DNA of 64,000 nt from Podarcis gaigeae (taxonomy: Eukaryota). A program made the translations under genes and the position numbers. The notes below the pieces were generated by a model. The model had not been told where the DNA came from, did no database searches, and saw only the letters and a list, made by a program, of their open reading frames with translations. The stretch lies in the NCBI GenBank assembly GCA_964106915.2, contig OZ066916.1; one strand, given 5' to 3'. Below are positions 25,258 to 38,192 of this stretch, one piece after another. The first letter of the stretch is position 1; each line of letters starts with the position of its first letter.

Positions 25258-27628
25258 CTCCTAATGTGGACAAGGCTGCATTTGAAGTGAGATCTTTTAA
25301 ATGCAACTTTATAATTGGACAAAAGCCTGTCTTCTGAATATCTCTTGATCTTTCCTCTCACTGTCTTTTTTTTTTTTTTTTTTGCATACATCCTGTACTT
25401 CAAAAATTTATTGGAATATTGCTCAGTAGCTTTCAAGTCAGGTGGAAAAATCTATAATTTCATAATGAGCTTGGATTTTTAAACCAAAACTATTCCTTCT
25501 GTGGAACTTGGTTTATGAGCCACTGGTCTTATGTCTGCTAAATGGATAAGATTGGGCAATCCATCTATGTAAACGTTTGAAGGACTTGAATAACTGTCTG
25601 CAGATTTGTAGGAGTTTCTACAGTTCCTTCATGCCTCATCCAACAACTTTTTTTTAAAAAAGTGATTCATCATAGCTCGCAAAACCACCAAAGTTGGAAA
25701 CAAGCCTATTCTGTTAGGAAATTTTGAAGAAAAACAAAATCGAACCGTTACAAGAGACTTCCTGATGAGTTCAGTGAAGCACAGCCCCATTAAATGTTCC
25801 ATGCAGGTTTTCTGAGGTGTTTCATATAAAATTTGTGACAAAACAAAGACAGGAAAATCATGAAGTAACCAACTGCTCTTCAACCAACACCGTGGCAAAG
25901 CATAGTACACTCTACAACCCTGGCATAGATTTATGGAAAACAGAACGTGTTGTCGGGCCTCTGCATGGCTATGGATGAATAAAGTACTGTGGTTATTACT
26001 CACTCTGCAGACGTTACTGGGTGGGAAAATACAACCCCTTTAGATTCAAAGGTGGAAAATTTGGATGGAGTAAAAAAATGTAAACCACCATAGAGCGTTT
26101 CCATGAAACAATCAAAACTTTTACAAATGTTTTTGTTTACTGACCCCTGGTCACAGTAAACCTAAAACAGTTTGTAAAGACTCACGCCTATATGAATTTT
26201 AGGCGTTGTTTTAGAACAAGTGTCTGTCTGTTATCACATTGCTCTGGGACCTGGATGGTTTTGACAAAGGTAGTTGAGGTTTGAAAATTGGGAAGGTAAA
26301 AGAAACTTAAGCCTTAAAAAAACCCCACCAAAAACTGTTAGTAGTGTGAATCCCCTGCATTACATTTCTGTTTCCAGATAGTATTGAAATGGAGTGCCCT
26401 CTGCTGATGAAATTTACACAAATCTGAACATCTGAAAATGATTCTGTTGAATCATTTATACACTGTATATTTTTTGTGTATCGCTTTCTCGCTTTGAAAA
26501 GCACACGAAGAGAATAAAGAATCAAACTCATTTGGAGAGCAGAGGTCATTTAATGGAATTACCGTATATATTATTTTCCACTCTTGAGTGCTCAAGATCG
26601 TGCGATACAGACATTTGTATTGTGACTATATATGGAATGGCTTTCATGTACCTCATGTATGAAGTGATCTTAAGTGTGGCCCCAGAGTTTCTGGGGCAAC
26701 CCAGTCAGATGGGTGCGGTTATAAATAATAAAATTACAATTATTAGTTGAAATTAGAGTGACTTAGTTCCTACCCCTCCTCCTTGTGTCATCTCCATTCT
26801 CCCCCCCCCCTACTTCCTGCTGCATTAGCAGCAGCAGTGCTGTTGGTGTTTCTGCTGCCCCTTGCACCTCATCACTGCTTTGCTTTGAGAAAGGACCAAG
26901 CGGGTTGGTCCTTCTTCTAAATGAGGCATTCTGGGTGAGTTGACCAGGAAAGCGCTTCTGCTGCCACTGTGATGAGAAATTCTAAGTAAGTACATCAAGT
27001 ACAACCACTGGAAAGTGATTGTACAAAGAAGAAGAAGATTTAAACACTATTTCAGTGCAGCAGTGTTGCAGGAGCTGTCCTGGTCACTTCTCACAGAATT
27101 CCTCACTCTGAGAAAAGAACACCTTGGTCCTTTCTCAGAGTGAGGCAGGGAGGTGATGTGAGTGGTGGTATAGAGCCTAGCAGCACTGGGTGGGAGTCTG
27201 CCTGATGGTTTTGGCCACAGCAGGACGAGTACTGGCAACCCCAGCTGGCCAGCCAATAATGAGGTATGTGGGTGGGGGTCCTGGGAGGCGTGCCAGTTTA
27301 CCACCATCTTGGACAATTGCCTCGTGATTGGGCCAGTCCTCCTTAAATAGAACTAAGTATCATGGTTCTGTGAGTTGTGATTCAGTGAACGTCTTAGGTT
27401 GTATTCATGCAATATCCATCCTATTCTCCAAATTCTTGTGTGCTTTCCTGTAATCCTCTTGTCAGCTGATTGTCTCTTGTGAGTGCAGCATGTAGGAGGC
27501 AGAGGTATGGTGATGGGAAATTAGAACAAAAGCCACATTATTATTTCATTCTAGCAATCTTCTATCACTCAGATTATACAGATTATAAAGTGATACTGCT
27601 TTATTAAATTGTTATATTTTTCTTCCAG

Positions 27629-27796
27629 CAGAAAGTAGATGAATTTCTAAATGTGTACTGCCCAGCTCCAGAAAGTTGTTCAAAAGAAAATACTTGGGAC
27701 ATCCAGTCACCTGTTCACTTTCCTGACGGCCAAGGAGTAATGCTAACTCTCAAGCCAGAACACAGAGTAGATGATGTTTTGACTCTGGCATGCAAG
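27629..27796 (+). CDS. TIAM2: TIAM2 coding exon 8 (start of RBD); tandem acceptor, start 27629 or 27632
   Basis: ttccag|cag|AAAGTA to AAG|gtacat; (Q)KVDEFLNVY...VHFPDGQGVMLTLKPEHRVDDVLTLACK. Confidence 0.92.
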
Positions 27797-28310
27797 GTAC
27801 ATTATTCTTCATCTTAATATGTCTGGCTAATCCCACTGCTTAGAATTTTAAAGCCCAGGTGTTGCATCCTTGCAAATATGTATATATGGTTTTAAAGGAT
27901 TCTGTGTAAGATGACAAGGCACACAATGCAGTTCAGTTTCCAGTAAATTTTAACCTCCAGTAGATTTTAACCTACTAAATTTTTCTGTCTCTAAAATTAT
28001 GAATTGGCTTTGCCCCCAGTATAGCTGAAAGATATGTAACAGTGAAGCAGGGTATGAAAAAGTTGAATCCTAGGATCTCAGAATGTACTGTAAAAACAAA
28101 TTGATTTAGAAAGCCCAAACCATAATGTATTTTTTCTCCAAAACCACTGAAACAGCATTTTAGATCATAAGAAAAATTGCATTATACAGGAAGCAATAAC
28201 ATCAATGGATCTATTCTTAGTAAAATATGGGTAATGCACTCATAAATGCTAATGACTTGAATGCAAACATACCCATGTGCACAGAATCACAGTCAGTGGC
28301 AAAAAGTAAC

Positions 28311-28347
<37 letters not shown>
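28311..28347. repeat. Compound (CA)14(TA)n microsatellite
   Basis: Read directly. Confidence 0.92.
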
Positions 28348-28856
28348 GACACAAAATCCAGTCATTGAATGCCTGAAAAACCCAAATTAATCCCAATTAA
28401 ATTCATTTGTTTTTAATAATACTGGAGTGTGTTCAGCTTTTTATTGTGCCTCTTCTGGATAAGCAAAGCAAAGTGGCAAGTGTGTGTAATGGGGGAGAGT
28501 TTGGACTAGGGGTTGCCCTCTGAATCACCCTTGATGGTTATTGATAGACTTCACCAGTAAAATTAGTCCGGGCCTCGCAGTTTAAGGTTAGCCTTAAAGT
28601 GGCTTCACTTTAGGTGCCATAAATAGGACATGTCAGTATTGCAAGCACACCCTTAACTACCCATGGTCATATAGCAGAAGGGGAGAGGGGAGAATCAGGC
28701 TTTTCCTGGCATTACTACTACTTGGCTTTAATTATACCAAGTCACTACAAATATATATATTTAAATTGCTCTTATTACCCACTTTAGCTTCTAGTTTTAT
28801 CTTTGTGTTTCCTATTCTAAGAACTAATAAGGGAAAAGGCAATGTATCATAGGGAA

Positions 28857-28874
28857 TGCCACTAGGTGGCGGGA
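28857..28874 (+). promoter_or_regulatory. CTCF consensus motif
   Basis: TGCCACTAGGTGGCGGGA matches the CCACYAGRKGGCR core. Confidence 0.5.
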
Positions 28875-30498
28875 GAGACCTGAAGCCTGGGGGAAAGGGA
28901 AAATTGAGAAAATGCTGCTATTTGAACAAGGAAAACCTTGAAGAAGAACTATAATAACCTCTCATAAAAATAAACTACTTTGTGGTGAAATATCTGTGTG
29001 TGGATACTGGGGATTGTTTTCGTAGCTTCTCTTTTTGTATATATCACTTCATTGATCTGAAGTTATTTTGATTTCTTTTTCAATTAAAACTTTGTTTCTG
29101 TTTTATCTTTCTTTCTGTTCTGAATACTTTTAATGTTTTTCATAAGCAGTCTCTTAATGCTGACTCCTTTCTGCTACATCTTTCCTGGTTCTTTTTTCTT
29201 ACATTTCCATACTTCTCTGGTGAGTGCTGGGAATCTTCATTCTTTAGTGCAAAGTGGTGTTTGAATGTTTGTGTATGTTTTGCATTTGTGTCTGGCACAA
29301 GGGTGGTAGATAAGGACAAAAAGGGGGGCATACATTGCTTGACTCCCACTGTATTAAAGTAATCTGACCTGTGTCTGTGTAGTAGGTACAGTTAAGGATC
29401 TTCCCCATTACCTGCTGACGTCATTTTTATACTTGGATAAGAATGACGATTTCTAGATTCCTATTTAGATCTAACAAAAGATTATTGCATATCAGGTTAA
29501 TATGTTTCTAAATGAACATACAAATACCAGAGCAAGGTAAGATAATAAATAGAAAATATATTAATGCAGGAGCATTAAAAAGAGCCACATACCCAATTGC
29601 TTTACAGTACTTTTTTTAAAAAAAACTACTGCTTTATAATATAATCTATCCTTTTCCAAATATGTATACATAGTCACAGAAACAATATTTGAACTCATCA
29701 TAGACCAGGTTCAAGGGAAATAATCAGGATCCAGGGAACTGAGCCACAATAGCATAAAAAGAGCCTTGCTAGATTTGGCTAATGTCCCAAATAGTCCAGC
29801 ATCCTGTTGCCACAGTGACCAGTCAGATGCCTATGAGTAGCCTCTGGTCGCCTTATGCCTGTTTGCTGCCCCCTTCTCCTTTCTGTTCTCCCTTCACCTC
29901 ACAATTTGGTGAACGCTCAGACATCTGAATCAGGAAACAGTGGTTTAAAGGCCTCTTTGAAAAATAGAATATGTAAGCCAAGTACTGATCCTGAACAGCA
30001 GGGAGCGCTTAAACTACAGATGAAGATTAGGATACTTTGCCAAAGTTAGCCATACAATGGAAAGGGGAAGAAGAGAGGGTGTGAGCAAATGGATCCATCT
30101 CAATATGATAAACTGTAGCAGTCAAGTTCACAAGGTGTGAACTGGGACCTGGTCAACTTCAGCAGCTTAATTGCATCAGAACATTTGCAATGTACCATGT
30201 ACCTTTGGCAGTTCTGTTTAGCAAGTGTAAGGTGCTGAAGAAGACAAACTCATGTGAAAGCAGCAATAACACAAACATGTCTTTTAAAGAATGGATGATA
30301 CCATGAAGCAGTTAATTTTATATACAAATTTGGATATGTTGCTATTTTTCTTACATTCCGCTTCATGTCTTCATATACTTTATGGATTATTATAGTGGTG
30401 GATGATTGATACAGTTTAGTGTATTAAGCTACTGTTCATTTACTTGCTTGCCTAAACAAATAAACAAACCAGGAAGAGTGCTTTCTTTGTAGCATCAA

Positions 30499-30668
30499 CA
30501 CAAAAAAAAATTCCTTCCAGTAGCACCTTAAAGACCAACTAAGTTAGTTCTTGATATGAGCTTTCGTGTGCATGCACACTTCTTCAGATACCAAGAACTA
30601 ACTTAGTTGGTCTTTAAGGTGCTACTGGAAGGAATTTTTTTTGTTTTGACTATGGCAGACTATCTGTA
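30499..30668 (-). mobile_element. Penelope-like element remnant with inverted repeat
   Basis: About 50-bp inverted arms; 13-bp direct repeat TTTGTAGCATCAA at 30486-30498 and 30669-30681. Confidence 0.75.
30554..30591 (-). ncRNA. Minimal type I hammerhead ribozyme motif (Penelope-type)
   Basis: Minus strand reads GUAU-CUGAAGA-A-GUGUGCAUGCACAC-GAAA-GC-UC-AUAU: core boxes, stem II and stem I are present. Confidence 0.7.
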
Positions 30669-30878
30669 TTTGTAGCATCAAAGATTCACTGAGATTTTGT
30701 AAAAAAAAACTTGGCCATTTACAGCAGTACTAGTGCTGGTTATCAACATCTCCTGAAATGTTTTATTTGGATAACAACCACATACTGGTACTTTTTTCTT
30801 TGAAAAAACTTCTGCTGGTTAATCAAAGTTGAAACTAAATTGCTACAAATTGTGCAGGATTGCAACCATTTCCAAGTA

Positions 30879-31130
30879 CAGTGGTACCTTGGTCTATGAA
30901 CTTAATACGTTCTGGAAGTCTGTTCTTAAACCAAAATGTTCTTAAACCAAGGTGTGCTTTCCCATAGCAGTGGGGGACTCAATTTACAAATGGAACACAC
31001 TCAACAGGAAGCGAAACATGTTCTTATTCCAAGGCAAAGTTCACAAACCAAAACACCTACTTCCGGGTTTGCAGTGTTCTTAATATAATTTGTTCATAAA
31101 CTAAGCTGTTATTAAACCAAGGTACCACTG
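30879..31130. mobile_element. Tigger/pogo-like MITE
   Basis: TA TSD on both sides; TIR CAGTGGTACCTTGGT. Confidence 0.85.
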
Positions 31131-32268
31131 TATTTGTTCATCCAGGTTTCATGGAATAGATCCTTTATTCTTTGTGCTGGCAATCTTTTTTTTAATTAAT
31201 GTGACAAATGTGAAGAAATACACATTTAAATCAGATAAATCAAAATGTGACAGGCTTTGTAAAAATCACATTCTGCCTAAAATCTTGCTGAATTACCTTG
31301 TTCAACTGAATAATGTGTAGCTAGAAGATGCAATCTCATGAGCTGAGTTCCACTCAACAGAAAGATCCCATGAGCTAAGTTGTGTTTGCAGAAAGGGCTT
31401 CTTCGGCATTCTTTAATAGAAGGGGAAGGCAGTATTTGCCAGTCCTTTCTGAAGCCTCCTGCACCCTCCCATCTGCTCTGTTGGGTTGAGGGGACCCTTC
31501 CTGGGAGGTGGCATGGAGGGTTGCAGCCTCCATTGGATCAAATCCTTCTTTGCATGTAAGGACACCTTTTGAGCATGGAAGATCCTGATAGGTACCAACC
31601 CTCTCTCTTAATGGGTGCACAAACTGTTTTGTTTGTGCTGTTAATTTGTTGATGCTTGAAATGAAATCATGCAACCTCAGCTTTATCCAGAGAGCTTAAG
31701 GAACAGTACCTCAAGGGTTTCACTCTGTAAGGACAATCTCTTGAGGGAAGTCCTCCCTCTTCCGTTATTTAGCTTCCTGGAGGTAACACATGTTGTGGAA
31801 AAAATAGGTGATGTTTCACGATCTCAGAGGAAATTGGCAGTAAAGAGTTCAATAAAAGCCAGCTGATGCAGAACATCCTTCTCTTAACAGCCTGTGTGCA
31901 CATATGCATTTTATACATCAGATGTGTATGTTTCACTGAGCAGAACTAAACCATCTGGAAGACCTGTAGAAACTTAACAGATGTCAGTTTAAACTGAGGA
32001 AGAGAACAAGGTTCAAAGTTTATTTACCCACCTTACCAGACAGTTAATTTTATGTGCAGGAATAAACATTACAAACCTTTTGATTTTTAAAAGCAACAAA
32101 ACTGCTGCTGTGAAATCTGTACAACTTAAGTTTATTTCTGGTGGTTATTTAGGAAGTGGCTTATTGAAGATTGCTGTTGCTTCATTTGGTATCTGTGTGC
32201 ATCTGCTGTGACATCTAGACTTTTACAAATGATTTCTGAATTCTAGATATATTCTTTTCATCCATTAG

Positions 32269-32373
32269 ATTAAGCAGCTGGAACCAAGACACTATGGCTT
32301 ACAACTTAAAAGGCTTGCTGATGAAAATATTGAGCACTATGTTCCTGAAGTGTACGAATACATACAAGATCAG
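32269..32373 (+). CDS. TIAM2: TIAM2 coding exon 9 (RBD), ends at a GC donor
   Basis: cattag|ATT to CAG|gcaagt; IKQLEPRHYGLQLKRLADENIEHYVPEVYEYIQDQ; 105 nt. Confidence 0.92.
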
Positions 32374-32442
32374 GCAAGTGACACAATGAAAGATGTGCAA
32401 TTCATTATTCAGACCTTTTACTTGTTGGACTGCACCCTTGTA

Positions 32443-32444
<2 letters not shown>

Positions 32445-32475
<31 letters not shown>
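32445..32475. repeat. (ATTG)n microsatellite, probably the tail of a minus-strand retroposon fragment
   Basis: Read directly; the adjacent ataccatccttcatccaaaggtcacagggtggttcaca segment recurs near 5880, 18150 and 52800. Confidence 0.85.
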
Positions 32476-33310
32476 AAATTAATATACCATCCTTCATCCA
32501 AAGGTCACAGGGTGGTTCACAACACACAAATGATAAAGGTAGACAAATATTGCAAGATGGAGCAGAGCTGGACTCATTCAACACTTGCTCTTCATCAGTC
32601 ACATTGTTGCAGAGGGTTGTCCTAGATGACCCTTGTTGTCCCTTCCAGCTCTACAATTCTATGATTCTTTGAAATAAGTTACAAAGCACTATATGTGCTG
32701 GAGGAGGAACATTTGTGTTTATTCAGATGGGACTACGTAATAAATATGGGTAGAAGGTTGCAGTTTCTTCCTTGGTTCACTCTGAAAGAAACATTTGAGG
32801 CGTGCCAGCCTTAATGCATTGTGAATTGGGTGGACATAAATTTGAAATGCCTAGCTCTAGCTTAGGGCTGAATTATACTTGATGCTAAATATGTAATTAA
32901 AAATAATGGGGGAGGGGAGGAAAAAATATAGGTGCAGGGGGAACATCTTCATGCTGACTGTCCCAATCCCTTTTTGATGTGTGAACAGGAAAGACACATG
33001 ATCAAAGTCAGCATGTCTAGTTTGATCTAAATGATAAATAGTTGGCACAAGTTAACTTTCACAACTCTTTGCATCCCCCACCTCTAAGGTGGTGTACAAT
33101 GAGCACAAACGAGTGTGGCACCTGAGGGTCCTGCATGTTTAAAATATAGTAAATCAAATAACTGGCATCTCTCTACCTAGAAACTGTGACCCAGAGCAGC
33201 TGAAACAAAATTAGTCCAATGGTGATTAGGTTGGGAGTTCCTTCTAAGTACATCTTTGGGATGTATTTCTCTACAGTTAAAAAGTTAAGATTATATTTTC
33301 TCTCCTACAG

Positions 33311-33389
33311 ATATATGATGAAATAGAAATCTTTCCTTTATGTATCTATCATGTGCATCTGACCAAGAATGAGGGTATAACTGATTTTG
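33311..33389 (+). CDS. TIAM2: TIAM2 coding exon 10 (RBD end, PDZ start)
   Basis: ctacag|ATA to TTTG|gtgagt; IYDEIEIFPLCIYHVHLTKNEGITDF(G); phase 0 to 1. Confidence 0.94.
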
Positions 33390-34207
33390 GTGAGTACAGT
33401 TTCCAAAATATAAATTTAAGAGATGCCGGTGCATCATAAACTATACTACTAAGTATAGTAACCTTGTCATAGAAGTTAAACTGAAGAGATTCAGTAACAG
33501 AGATTTATACCTGCCAATGCATGTACATACATTCTTTGGAGAAAGGGTGTGTGTAGATGAGTCATGCCAGAGGCCTGTAGCCTTTAGCTGCTTCAAGATG
33601 CCCATCACAGCTGGTGTCCTAACCTTGAACAGAAATCAGATGTGGGAGAACATATTCCCAAATTACACCAACGCCATTTACCCCTTTTTTCCAAGTTAAG
33701 ATTGACTTCTTTTTTGATCCTCTGGTGGTGTCGAAAACATAGGCAGATCTTCTTGATGAGTTGGTTCATACTAATGGCCTGCTGTGTGGAAACAGCTGCC
33801 ATGTGAAAAGATTTGAAGTTGCTTCCAACATGGCATTCCTAATTCCTTCTTAGTTGCTAGTCTTTTGTTTAGTTGACCTTGATTGTACTAGAAGGAAATT
33901 GTGGCTCCAGGGTGTCCGGAGCCATTCTGTAGCTGCAGAACTTCCGTTTTAGGAGGACAACTGCAAAAATGAATCAAAATGTGAGACTTTTGAGTGCCAG
34001 TATATGTGTGTGGGGCAGGGGAACTAAGATGAACTGAGGTAGAAGTCATTTGGTAGGGAGTATGGGACTTCTGAAGACACCAGCCCTTCTTGCTACACAG
34101 TACAGTATTAAAAAAAAATTAAATTCTGCATTTTATTAATAATTCTATCCAATAAACACAATTTTGCTTTCATGTCTCATGTTACGCAAAATAGTAATAA
34201 GATGTAG

Positions 34208-34584
34208 CATCAGTGTGGTGTAGTGATTAGAGTGTTGGCCACAGGACCTGAGATGCTAGGTATCCATTCCCCACTCAGCCATGAAGCTCTCTGGGTGACC
34301 TTGGAGTCAGTCATAGTCTCTTAGCCTAACCCAGGCATAGGCAAACTTGGCCCACCAGATTTTTGGGACTAAAATTCCCATCATTCCTGACCACTGGTCC
34401 TATTAGCTAGGGATGATGGGAGTTGTAGTCCAAAACATCTGGAGGGCCGAGTTTGCCTATGCCTATGCCTGGCCTAACCTAACTCACTGGATTGTTGAGA
34501 GGATAAAATGGAAAGGGGGGAATGAACCATGGTTGCCACCTTGAGCTCCTTGAATGAAAGGTAGGATACAAATGTAATAATAAA
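34208..34584 (+). mobile_element. tRNA-derived MIR-like SINE interrupted by a hAT MITE
   Basis: Head CAGTGTGGTGTAGTGATTAGAGTGTTGG, core GGGTGACCTTGG...CAGTCA, AATAATAAA tail. Confidence 0.7.
34332..34471. mobile_element. hAT MITE (near-palindromic) nested in a SINE
   Basis: Perfect 8-bp TSD GCCTAACC; TIR CAGGCATAGGCA. Confidence 0.9.
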
Positions 34585-34870
34585 GGAATGAATAAACAAA
34601 CACGTATTTATTCATTTAATACAATTTATATGCCACTTAACATTTTTAAAAAACCTATTAAGTGGTTTACAAAAAAACCCCTACAATGATAAAATCTCAG
34701 CTAAAAATCTCAAAGAAGGACAGATTCAAAATACGGCAATTACACCTTTGTCGTAATATAAAATAGGATTAGTTTCAATTATGAGAGTATTTCAACTCAC
34801 TATCTGATAATCTGATTTTTAGAATTGTTTTAAGACTAATTTAAAACAGCACTACTTTTTTTAACTCCAG

Positions 34871-34963
34871 GATTTGCGGTCACTGCACAAGTGGATGAAC
34901 ACCAGCATCTCACCCATATCTTCATAAGTGATGTTCTCCCTGATGGGATGGCTTACAGAGAAG
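34871..34963 (+). CDS. TIAM2: TIAM2 coding exon 11 (PDZ)
   Basis: ctccag|GATTT to GAAG|gtttgt; (G)FAVTAQVDEHQHLTHIFISDVLPDGMAYRE(G); phase 1-1. Confidence 0.95.
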
Positions 34964-35236
34964 GTTTGTGCAGCCTTGTCACATATGTGTGTAGGCTTTT
35001 CTAATGAGGTATATATGGGATTGAGGCCCTTTTGCACAAAAAAGCAAATATCAACCTTGAGAAAATAATGGTTAGACATGTTCATTTCATCAAAGTGTGT
35101 ATCATGGCCTAATATATAATAATATGAAGACCAGGGTACTGGTTTGAACAATTAAGGTGCTATGCGGTTAGCTGAACATTTCTGACTGCTCCAGTATGCT
35201 TAATCTTCTTTTACTTTCTCTTCCTCATGCTCCCAG

Positions 35237-35497
35237 GGTTACGTGTGGGCAATGAAATCTTGACTATAAATGGAGAATCGGTGTGTGATCTTGACCTCAG
35301 ACAGATGGAGTTATTGTTCTCTGAGAAAAGTGTGAAGCTGACTTTGACTACAAATCTTGGCTGCAATAAAAGTGCATTATGCACTTCGTGGTCAGATGGT
35401 GACATTTCCAGGGAAGCAAGAAACTCTCTACCCCCTCCTAACCAGTCACAACTCCTGGAGGAATTTCTGGATAACTTCAAAAAGAAAACAGCAAATG
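35237..35497 (+). CDS. TIAM2: TIAM2 coding exon 12 (PDZ end and linker)
   Basis: tcccag|GGTTA to AATG|gtgaga; (G)LRVGNEILTINGESV...PPPNQSQLLEEFLDNFKKKTAN(D); phase 1-1. Confidence 0.95.
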
Positions 35498-36308
35498 GTG
35501 AGATAGTGCTCATGATGGATCCTTCCTTCCTTCCTTTCTTTTTCATTTTGTCATAGCTGATTGCTTCTAGATAATATCAGAATGGTGTCTTCTTTTTAAA
35601 GTCCTCTATGTACCTAAAGGCCAAATGCAATTATTTTAATGTCATCTAAATGACGTTAGCCTTTAAAAAAGAAGAAAGAGAAAAAGACAGAAAGAAACAA
35701 GGCATCGAAAAAGGAATGAGTGGTTTATATGATCAGCTGATCTGAGAGGACATGTTTTTCAGAGTCTAATCTGCTGCTATTAGAACAGACTTGGGTGCTT
35801 CCCATGTCTGGGAGATAGGCAAGTTACATGTTCTAGATGGGGTTGCACTCTCTCTGAAGGAGCTAGTGCGTAGCTTGGGGGTACCCCTGGATGCATCTTT
35901 CTTTCTGGAGGCCCAAGAGTCCTCTGTGGCCTCTGTGGTTGGGGTTCATAGCAGCAATTTTTCTGCCAGGGGAAGAAGCTGCCCTGGAAGCCTCGGGGGG
36001 GGGGGGGGGAGGCAGACTATACAAGAGAGAAGTGCAGGGCTTCTTTTTAAATATCTAAACGTAGCTGATATATTTTTTAACGTGTCTTTAAAACACATTT
36101 GGAGGCCTAGTCTGGAGGGCTAGAAAGCCACTTAAAAGAAGCAGCAAAAGAAGCAGAAGCAGTAAAGGGGAGATGGTGGTAGCTGCTTGATTCCGTACAG
36201 TTTTTAGGAGAAATGTTAACAAATTATTGCAAATAAGCTGTGTTCAGCCTAAGGGACCTTGATTTGGTGAGATCAGCAGAATTTCTTTCCTGGACACTAA
36301 ATCATTAT

Positions 36309-36492
36309 GGAAGGGTTGTAGCTCAGTGACAGGGCATCTGTTTTGGATGCAGAAGGTCTCGGGTTTAGTTCCTGGTATCTCCAGATAGGGTTGGGAGAGA
36401 CCGCTGCCCCAAACCCTGAAGGAGCTGATGAAGGTCAGTGTGCTGAGCTATATGGGCCAGTTGTCTGGCTCTGCGTAAGGCAGCTTCCTTAT
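36309..36492 (+). mobile_element. tRNA-derived squamate SINE
   Basis: GTAGCTCAGTGACAG (A box), GGTTTAGTTCC (B box), 3' end AAGGCAGCTTCCT. Confidence 0.7.
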
Positions 36493-37770
36493 GGGAGAAA
36501 CTATGGGAGCATGTTCAGTATTCATGGATGCAGATGACCATGCCCAACATTTTCTTTTTATAAAAAGCCACCTCAGGGGACTTGGAAATTGACCATAGAA
36601 ATGGTATCTAAGAGGCTGCTTAATCATTTCATATCCTACCATATTTTAATTTTTACCCCAAATTGTCTCCCCAAGTTGCTTTTCCATTCATTGAGGAAAT
36701 GATCCATATACATACTTTTTCCCTCTATGGGTAAAAAGGCATATTGAGATGGTGATTTTTGAGCAGTAAAAATAGGCCACCGTTCCTTTGATCAAACTCA
36801 CTGAATCCATGGCTGCTTTTTATGTTCTTCTGTAGAAAAAAAAAGTGAGCTAACTTGTATTAGCTACGCAGTGTCTACACTGACCAGAGATGTGGTTTAT
36901 TTTCTGCATCAGCAACTTGCCTACAGTAGAGGTTGCTATTAAACTTTGGCTTAAAGTGTAACTGAAGTGTGTTGTTCTTGGGTAAGTGATTAATGTGGTT
37001 GATTCAATGTATCAAGGGCTTTTGGTCTGATTTTTTCATACCTCTAAAAATTGAAAGGTCACTAAGGAGAATTTTCTAGGGTTGATTTAATTATAAAATA
37101 GCAGCTTTATTAGGTCATACTTAAAGTAAAAAAATGATGGCAAGAATTGTGGCACAGTAAGAAGCATCTTCCTCATGGGTCGTAGTCCAATTTTAAATAC
37201 TATTAAATTGACTGTTGGCATATAAAAGCTCATGTCATAAAACAAAAATTATGGTGCTAATTAATTACTCTTCGTTTTATTAGGGCTATCACTCAGATTG
37301 TTAGCTTGATATCATAAGCCAGCATTACCTCGTGCATTTGCCATAGTAAGTGTATGTGCCCATTTACCGGATTCATTGTTCCTTAGGGACACGTTTGCAA
37401 CTTGTGTTAATCTCCATATATTATAATAGGAAATTGTTAGAAATGTATGTTGTTCCCAGACACCAAAGGATAAAAGGTATTTTGGCTTTGACTGTCTGAT
37501 TCAGACAGCAACCAAGGCAGACTTTTTTACAATAAGTTGGGGGCAGGGATAATTATTCTAAATTAATCTCTGTGAGAGAGTCTGTCACATTTATCAGATT
37601 ATAGTGTGTCGGCATTTAGTTTATGCATTTTCAAATGGCTTGTTATAGAAACCAGTACAGGCAGCACAGCTTTGACTGAATGCATCTGCTTAATGAGTTT
37701 ACCCTTTTCTGCCCATGTTCTCTCACATTTTATGCCCTGACTTCATTTGCAGTGGCCTACCATCTTAGTT

Positions 37771-38100
37771 GGGACACGGGTGGCACTGTGATCTAAACCA
37801 CAGAGCCTAGGGCTTGCCAATTGGAAGGTCGGCAGTTCGAATCCCCACATTGGGGTGAGCTCCCATTGTTCGGTCCCAGCTCCTGCCCACCTAGCAGTTC
37901 GAAAGCATGTCAAGTGCAAGTAGATACTTCCAGCAGGAAGGTAAACGGTGTTTCCATGTGCTGCTTAGTCATGCTGGCCACATGACCCGGAAGCTGTCTG
38001 CGGACAAACGCTGGCTCCTTCAGCTTATAGAGCGAGATGAGTGTGCAACCCCAGAGTTGTTCACGACTGGACCTAACAGTCAGGAGTACCTTTACCTTTG
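37771..38100 (+). mobile_element. Sauria SINE, near full length
   Basis: Head GGGACACGGGTGGCACTGTG, (ACCTTT)2 tail, TSD CCATCTTAGTT at 37760-37770 and 38101-38111. Confidence 0.92.
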
Positions 38101-38192
38101 CCATCTTAGTTGTGTCTGCATGAGGTTGTGGAAAATCACTAGTCCTGATTTAAATAGATCTGGGTCTTCTACTTCCAGCTCTGGTTTAAGTA

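Noticed and set aside
30499-30668. Hairpin as a canonical miRNA gene or terminator
   Set aside because: The flanking duplication, perfect arms and hammerhead core are better explained by a Penelope-like insertion.
36309-36385. tRNA-like A and B boxes as tRNA genes (also in SINE heads at 7609, 34208 and 37771)
   Set aside because: No intact cloverleaf; each continues into a SINE body.
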